DNA of 63,867 bases, counting the filler. It is 5 parts of 5 records of this genome, joined end to end, with 100 filler letters (N's around TTAATTAATTAA, not from the genome) between each part and the next. Parts side by side here need not be neighbours in the genome. Positions count along the whole stretch, not along the records: positions 58,345 to 63,867 come from DRR723986_5332; 4 more parts are not named here. One strand, written 5' to 3'. Position numbers and translations under genes: made by a program. Below, one piece after another: positions 60,011-63,867 of this stretch. Every line of letters begins with the position of its first letter. The stretch's first letter is position 1. The notes under the pieces were generated by a model that worked only from the letters and a program-made list of their open reading frames with translations, was not told the origin of the DNA and ran no database searches.

Positions 60011-61005
60011 TTTTTGGCCCCCTGCCGATCGATCAGGCCGAGGGCGCAATTTTGGCCCATTCGGTGGCGGGTTTGGGCAAGGGCCGGGTTTTGTCTGCCG
60101 ACGATCTGGCGCAGCTGCGTGCGGCGGGGCTGGGGCAGGTCACAGTGGCCCGGCTGGGCCCCGGCGATGTGCCCGAAAACGACGCCGCCCAGCAACTGGC
60201 ACAGGCGCTGGTGCCCGACCCCGCGGGCCAAGGGCTGCGCCTGTCTGCGGCCGGGGCGGGGCGGGTGAATTTATACGCCACAGGCCCCGGCATTTTGATG
60301 CTGGATCAGCCCCGCCTGGCGGCGCTGAACGCGGTTGATCCGATGATCACAATCGCCACTTTGCCCGCCTTTGCGCGCCTTGCGCCGGGGGCCATGGTGG
60401 CCACGATCAAGATCATTTCCTACGCGGTTGCCCAAACTGACCTGCAGCGCGCAGCCGGCCCTGCCGCGGGCAGTTTGCGCCTGTTGCCGCCGGTGTTGGA
60501 CCATGCGGTTTTGATCGAAACCACCACAACCGGCACGCCCCCCCCAGATAAAGGCCGCCGCGCCACCCGCACCCGGCTGGAACGGTTGGGCATCTCGCTG
60601 GCCGATCGCGTGGTTGTGCCCCACGAGGCGCGGGCGCTATCGCAGGCGCTGGCCCAAGCCGCGCAGGCGGCGCGGCTGGTGTTGGTGCTGACGGCCAGCG
60701 CCACCTCGGATATCCATGACGTGGCACCAACGGCCTTGCTGTGTGCCGGGGGCACGCTGACGCGGTTTGGCATGCCGGTTGATCCGGGCAACCTGCTGTT
60801 TTTGGGCCAGCTGGGGCAGGCCACGGTGGTGGGCTTGCCAGGCTGTGCGCGCAGCCCGGCGCTGAACGGCGCTGATTGGGTGCTCGAGCGGGTGGCCTGC
60901 GGGCAGGTGCCCAGCAGCGCCGATATTGCGGCCATGGGTGTGGGGGGGCTGCTAAAGGAAATTCCCACCCGGCCAAGGCCCCGGCGCAGCCCCGGGGGGC
61001 AATAA
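60007..61005 (+). CDS. Molybdopterin-binding domain protein
   Basis: GAILAHS, GRVNL, VATIKII, GMPVDPGNLL, GLPGCARSP, MGVGGLLKEI; TTG start overlaps the xdhC stop. Confidence 0.8.
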   Translation: MIFGPLPIDQAEGAILAHSVAGLGKGRVLSADDLAQLRAAGLGQVTVARLGPGDVPENDAAQQLAQALVPDPAGQGLRLSAAGAGRVNLYATGPGILMLDQPRLAALNAVDPMITIATLPAFARLAPGAMVATIKIISYAVAQTDLQRAAGPAAGSLRLLPPVLDHAVLIETTTTGTPPPDKGRRATRTRLERLGISLADRVVVPHEARALSQALAQAAQAARLVLVLTASATSDIHDVAPTALLCAGGTLTRFGMPVDPGNLLFLGQLGQATVVGLPGCARSPALNGADWVLERVACGQVPSSADIAAMGVGGLLKEIPTRPRPRRSPGGQ

Positions 61006-61100
61006 TGATACGAAGGCTAAATTTACGGTTCTCAAGTGCTTAGAGCCGTGCTTAACTTGCGTTCAATGGACACACTTATAAACATTTCTGGGAGGAACTG

Positions 61101-61586
61101 ATGACCGAAATCCAAATGACCGTGAACGGCAAAGCCGTGCGTGGCACTGTTGAAGGGCGGACGTTACTGGTTAATTTTCTGCGCGAAGATTTGCGGCTGA
61201 CCGGCACGCATGTTGGCTGTGACACCTCGCAATGTGGGGCATGCACGGTGCATGTAAACGGTGTGTCGGTAAAGGCGTGCACCATGCTGGCAGCCGAGGC
61301 CGATGGCGCCGATGTGCGCACCATCGAAGGCATGGCCGCAGCAGATGGCACCCTGTCCGCCTTGCAGCAGGCCTTTCAAGACCATCACGGGTTGCAATGC
61401 GGCTTTTGCACGCCCGGCATGGTGATGACCGCGGCCGCGCTGCTGAAAGAAAACCCCAAGCCAACCGAGGCCGAGGTGCGCCATTACCTCGAGGGCAATA
61501 TCTGCCGCTGCACGGGCTATCATAACATCGTCAAGGCTATTTTGGCTGCCTCTGGGCAGGATGTATCTGCGATTGCGGCGGAATAA
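61101..61586 (+). CDS. coxS: CoxS-like 2Fe-2S small subunit
   Basis: [28 protein letters not shown]. Confidence 0.93.
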   Translation: MTEIQMTVNGKAVRGTVEGRTLLVNFLREDLRLTGTHVGCDTSQCGACTVHVNGVSVKACTMLAAEADGADVRTIEGMAAADGTLSALQQAFQDHHGLQCGFCTPGMVMTAAALLKENPKPTEAEVRHYLEGNICRCTGYHNIVKAILAASGQDVSAIAAE

Positions 61587-61638
61587 AAACCACGCCCGCG
61601 CGACAGTGCAGGGCTGACAGGATTTGGGAGGAGAAATC

Positions 61639-63867
61639 ATGCCAAAAGATTCAGGCATAGGCGCCAGCAGCAAGCGGCGCGAAGACGTGCGGTTCCTGAC
61701 GGGGGCTGGCAATTACACCGATGATATCAACGTTTACGGCCAGGCCTATGTGCATTTCCTGCGCTCGGATGTGGCGCATGGGCGGATTGTGTCGATCGAT
61801 ACAACCGATGCCGCGGCGATGCCGGGGGTTGTGCGCATTTTCACCGGCGATGATTTTGCAGGCGTGGGCGGTTTGCCCTGCGGCTGGCAGGTGACCGACC
61901 GTTTTGGCCAGCCGATGCAAGAGCCGGCCCACCCGGTTCTGGCCCAGGGCAAGGTGCGCCATGTGGGCGATCCGATTGCCGCGGTTGTGGCCGACAGCCC
62001 CGAGCAGGCGCGCGACGCGGCCGAGGCTATTTCGGTTGAAATCGAAGAACTGCCCGCAGTTGTCGATATGAAAGCGGCGCTGTCGGCCGATGCGCCCAAG
62101 GTGCATGACGATCTGACCAGCAACCTGTGCTATGACTGGGGCTTTGTTGAAGAAAACAAAGACGCGGTTGCCGCGGCCTTTGAAAAGGCGGCGCATGTGA
62201 CCACGCTAGAGCTGGTCAACCAGCGCCTTGTGGCCAACCCGATGGAGCCGCGCGTGGCCGTGGGCGATTACAGCCGCGCAACGGATGAATCCACGCTCTA
62301 CACCACCAGCCAAAACCCGCATGTTATCCGCTTGTTGATGGGCGCTTTTGTGCTGGGTATTCCCGAACATAAGCTGCGGGTTGTGGCCCCTGATGTGGGC
62401 GGTGGCTTTGGCACCAAGATCTTCCATTACGCAGAAGAGGCGTTTTGCACCTTTGCCGCGCGGCAATTGGCGCGGGCGGTGAAATGGACGTCGTCGCGCT
62501 CTGAGGCGTTTATGTCGGATGCGCACGGGCGCGATCACGTCACCAAGATCGAATTGGCGCTGGATGCGGATAATAACTTTACCGCGCTGCGCACCGAAAC
62601 CTATGCCAATATGGGCGCCTATCTGTCTACCTTTGCACCCTCGGTGCCCACCTGGCTGCATGGCACGCTGATGGCCGGCAACTATAAAACGCCGCTGATT
62701 TACGTGAATGTTAAGGCGGTCTTTACCAACACCGTGCCGGTCGATGCCTACCGCGGCGCTGGCCGCCCCGAGGCGACATATCAGCTAGAGCGGGTGATCG
62801 ACAAAGCCGCGCGCGAGCTGGGCGTTGACCCGATTGCGCTGCGCCGTCAGAACTTTATCACCCAATTCCCCTATGCCACGCCGGTGGCGGTGGAATATGA
62901 TACGGGCGATTACCACGCAACGATGGACAAGCTGGAAGAGATCGCAGATCTGGCCGGTTTCGAGGCGCGTTTGGCCGAATCCAAGGCGCGCGGCAAGCTG
63001 CGCGGTTTGGGTGTGAACTGCTATATCGAGGCCTGCGGCATTGCGCCGTCAAACCTGGTGGGCCAGCTGGGCGCGCGTGCGGGGCTTTATGAAAGCGCCA
63101 CGGTGCGGGTGAATGCCACCGGCTCGATCTCGGTGATGACAGGCAGCCACAGCCACGGGCAGGGGCATGAAACCGCCTTCCCGCAGGTGGTGGCCGATAT
63201 GCTGGGCATCGATGAAAGCATGATCGAGATCGTGCATGGCGATACCGCGCGCACGCCGATGGGCATGGGCACCTATGGCTCGCGCAGCCTGGCTGTGGGC
63301 GGCTCGGCCATGGTGAAAGCCACCAACAAGATCATTGCCAAGGCCAAAAAGATCGCGGCGCATCTGCTCGAGGCATCCGAGGCGGATATCGAGCTGAAAG
63401 ACGGCCAGTTCAGCGTGGCCGGCACCGATAAATCGGTGGCCTGGGGCGATGTGACCCTGGCCGCTTACGTGCCGCACAACTACCCGCTGGAAGATATCGA
63501 GCCGGGTTTGGAAGAAACCGCGTTTTATGATCCGTCCAACTTCACCTACCCCTCGGGCGCTTATGCCTGCGAGGTCGAGGTAGACCCAGACACCGGGCGC
63601 GTCACGGTTGAACGCTTTGCTGCGGCCGATGATTTTGGCAATATCGTGAACCCGATGATCGTGTCGGGGCAGGTGCATGGTGGTTTGGCCCAAGGGATTG
63701 GTCAGGCGCTGCTAGAAGGGGCGGCCTATGACGAGAATGGCCAGCTGTTGACCGGCAGCTACATGGATTACGCCATGCCGCGGGCCAGTGACCTGCCGTT
63801 CTACACGGTTGATCACAGCTGCTCGACGCCCTGCACGCACAACCCGCTGGGGGTGAAGGGCTGCGGC
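61639..63867 (+). CDS. coxL: CoxL-like molybdenum hydroxylase large subunit, form II (3' truncated; absent from the ORF track because there is no stop codon)
   Basis: RBS GGAGGAG then ATG 61639: [28 protein letters not shown]; active-site loop AYRGAGR at 62746-62766; HGQGHET; GQVHGG. Confidence 0.9.
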   Translation, partial: MPKDSGIGASSKRREDVRFLTGAGNYTDDINVYGQAYVHFLRSDVAHGRIVSIDTTDAAAMPGVVRIFTGDDFAGVGGLPCGWQVTDRFGQPMQEPAHPVLAQGKVRHVGDPIAAVVADSPEQARDAAEAISVEIEELPAVVDMKAALSADAPKVHDDLTSNLCYDWGFVEENKDAVAAAFEKAAHVTTLELVNQRLVANPMEPRVAVGDYSRATDESTLYTTSQNPHVIRLLMGAFVLGIPEHKLRVVAPDVGGGFGTKIFHYAEEAFCTFAARQLARAVKWTSSRSEAFMSDAHGRDHVTKIELALDADNNFTALRTETYANMGAYLSTFAPSVPTWLHGTLMAGNYKTPLIYVNVKAVFTNTVPVDAYRGAGRPEATYQLERVIDKAARELGVDPIALRRQNFITQFPYATPVAVEYDTGDYHATMDKLEEIADLAGFEARLAESKARGKLRGLGVNCYIEACGIAPSNLVGQLGARAGLYESATVRVNATGSISVMTGSHSHGQGHETAFPQVVADMLGIDESMIEIVHGDTARTPMGMGTYGSRSLAVGGSAMVKATNKIIAKAKKIAAHLLEASEADIELKDGQFSVAGTDKSVAWGDVTLAAYVPHNYPLEDIEPGLEETAFYDPSNFTYPSGAYACEVEVDPDTGRVTVERFAAADDFGNIVNPMIVSGQVHGGLAQGIGQALLEGAAYDENGQLLTGSYMDYAMPRASDLPFYTVDHSCSTPCTHNPLGVKGCG

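Overview
This window is not one locus. It is five unrelated contigs joined by N-runs, each carrying the six-frame stop linker TTAATTAATTAA. Taxonomic calls below come from protein style and gene order only. (1) 1-15347, Bacteroidota/Chlorobi-superphylum-like: a decayed IS110-family transposase with structured non-coding flanks, the rimP-nusA-infB-rbfA-truB-ribF-rpsO-pnp cluster (several products have long low-complexity tails) and a glutaryl-CoA dehydrogenase. (2) 15448-23205, high-GC Rhodobacteraceae-like: nirB(partial)-nirD-nasA, a TrpD2/YbiB-like gene, then tamA-tamB(partial). (3) 23306-30441, Marinobacter-like: rsmB(partial)-trkA-glyQ-glyS, trkH and tRNA-Pro(CGG). (4) 30542-58244, Burkholderiales (Limnobacter-like): rng(partial), a bioF-esterase-bioC-bioD-bioA-bioB operon, porin, LPS core genes, msbA, dnaE, wrbA/pirin/LysR, gluQ, a DEAD-box helicase, a 2-hydroxyacid dehydrogenase, CsbD, a diguanylate cyclase, tRNA-Leu(CAA), queA, a hydrolase and pntB(partial). 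(5) 58345-63867, Rhodobacteraceae-like: a coxE-xdhC-Moco-binding protein-coxS-coxL form II cluster. Most of the window is housekeeping. The best candidates for something new are an unrecognised ~190-nt rod-like structured element between dnaE and msbA, the non-coding flanks of the IS110 remnant (possible bridge/seek RNA), a ~113-aa RGG/DR tail on PNPase, a divergent esterase in the BioH position, and an apparently catalytically dead GT9 heptosyltransferase homolog.
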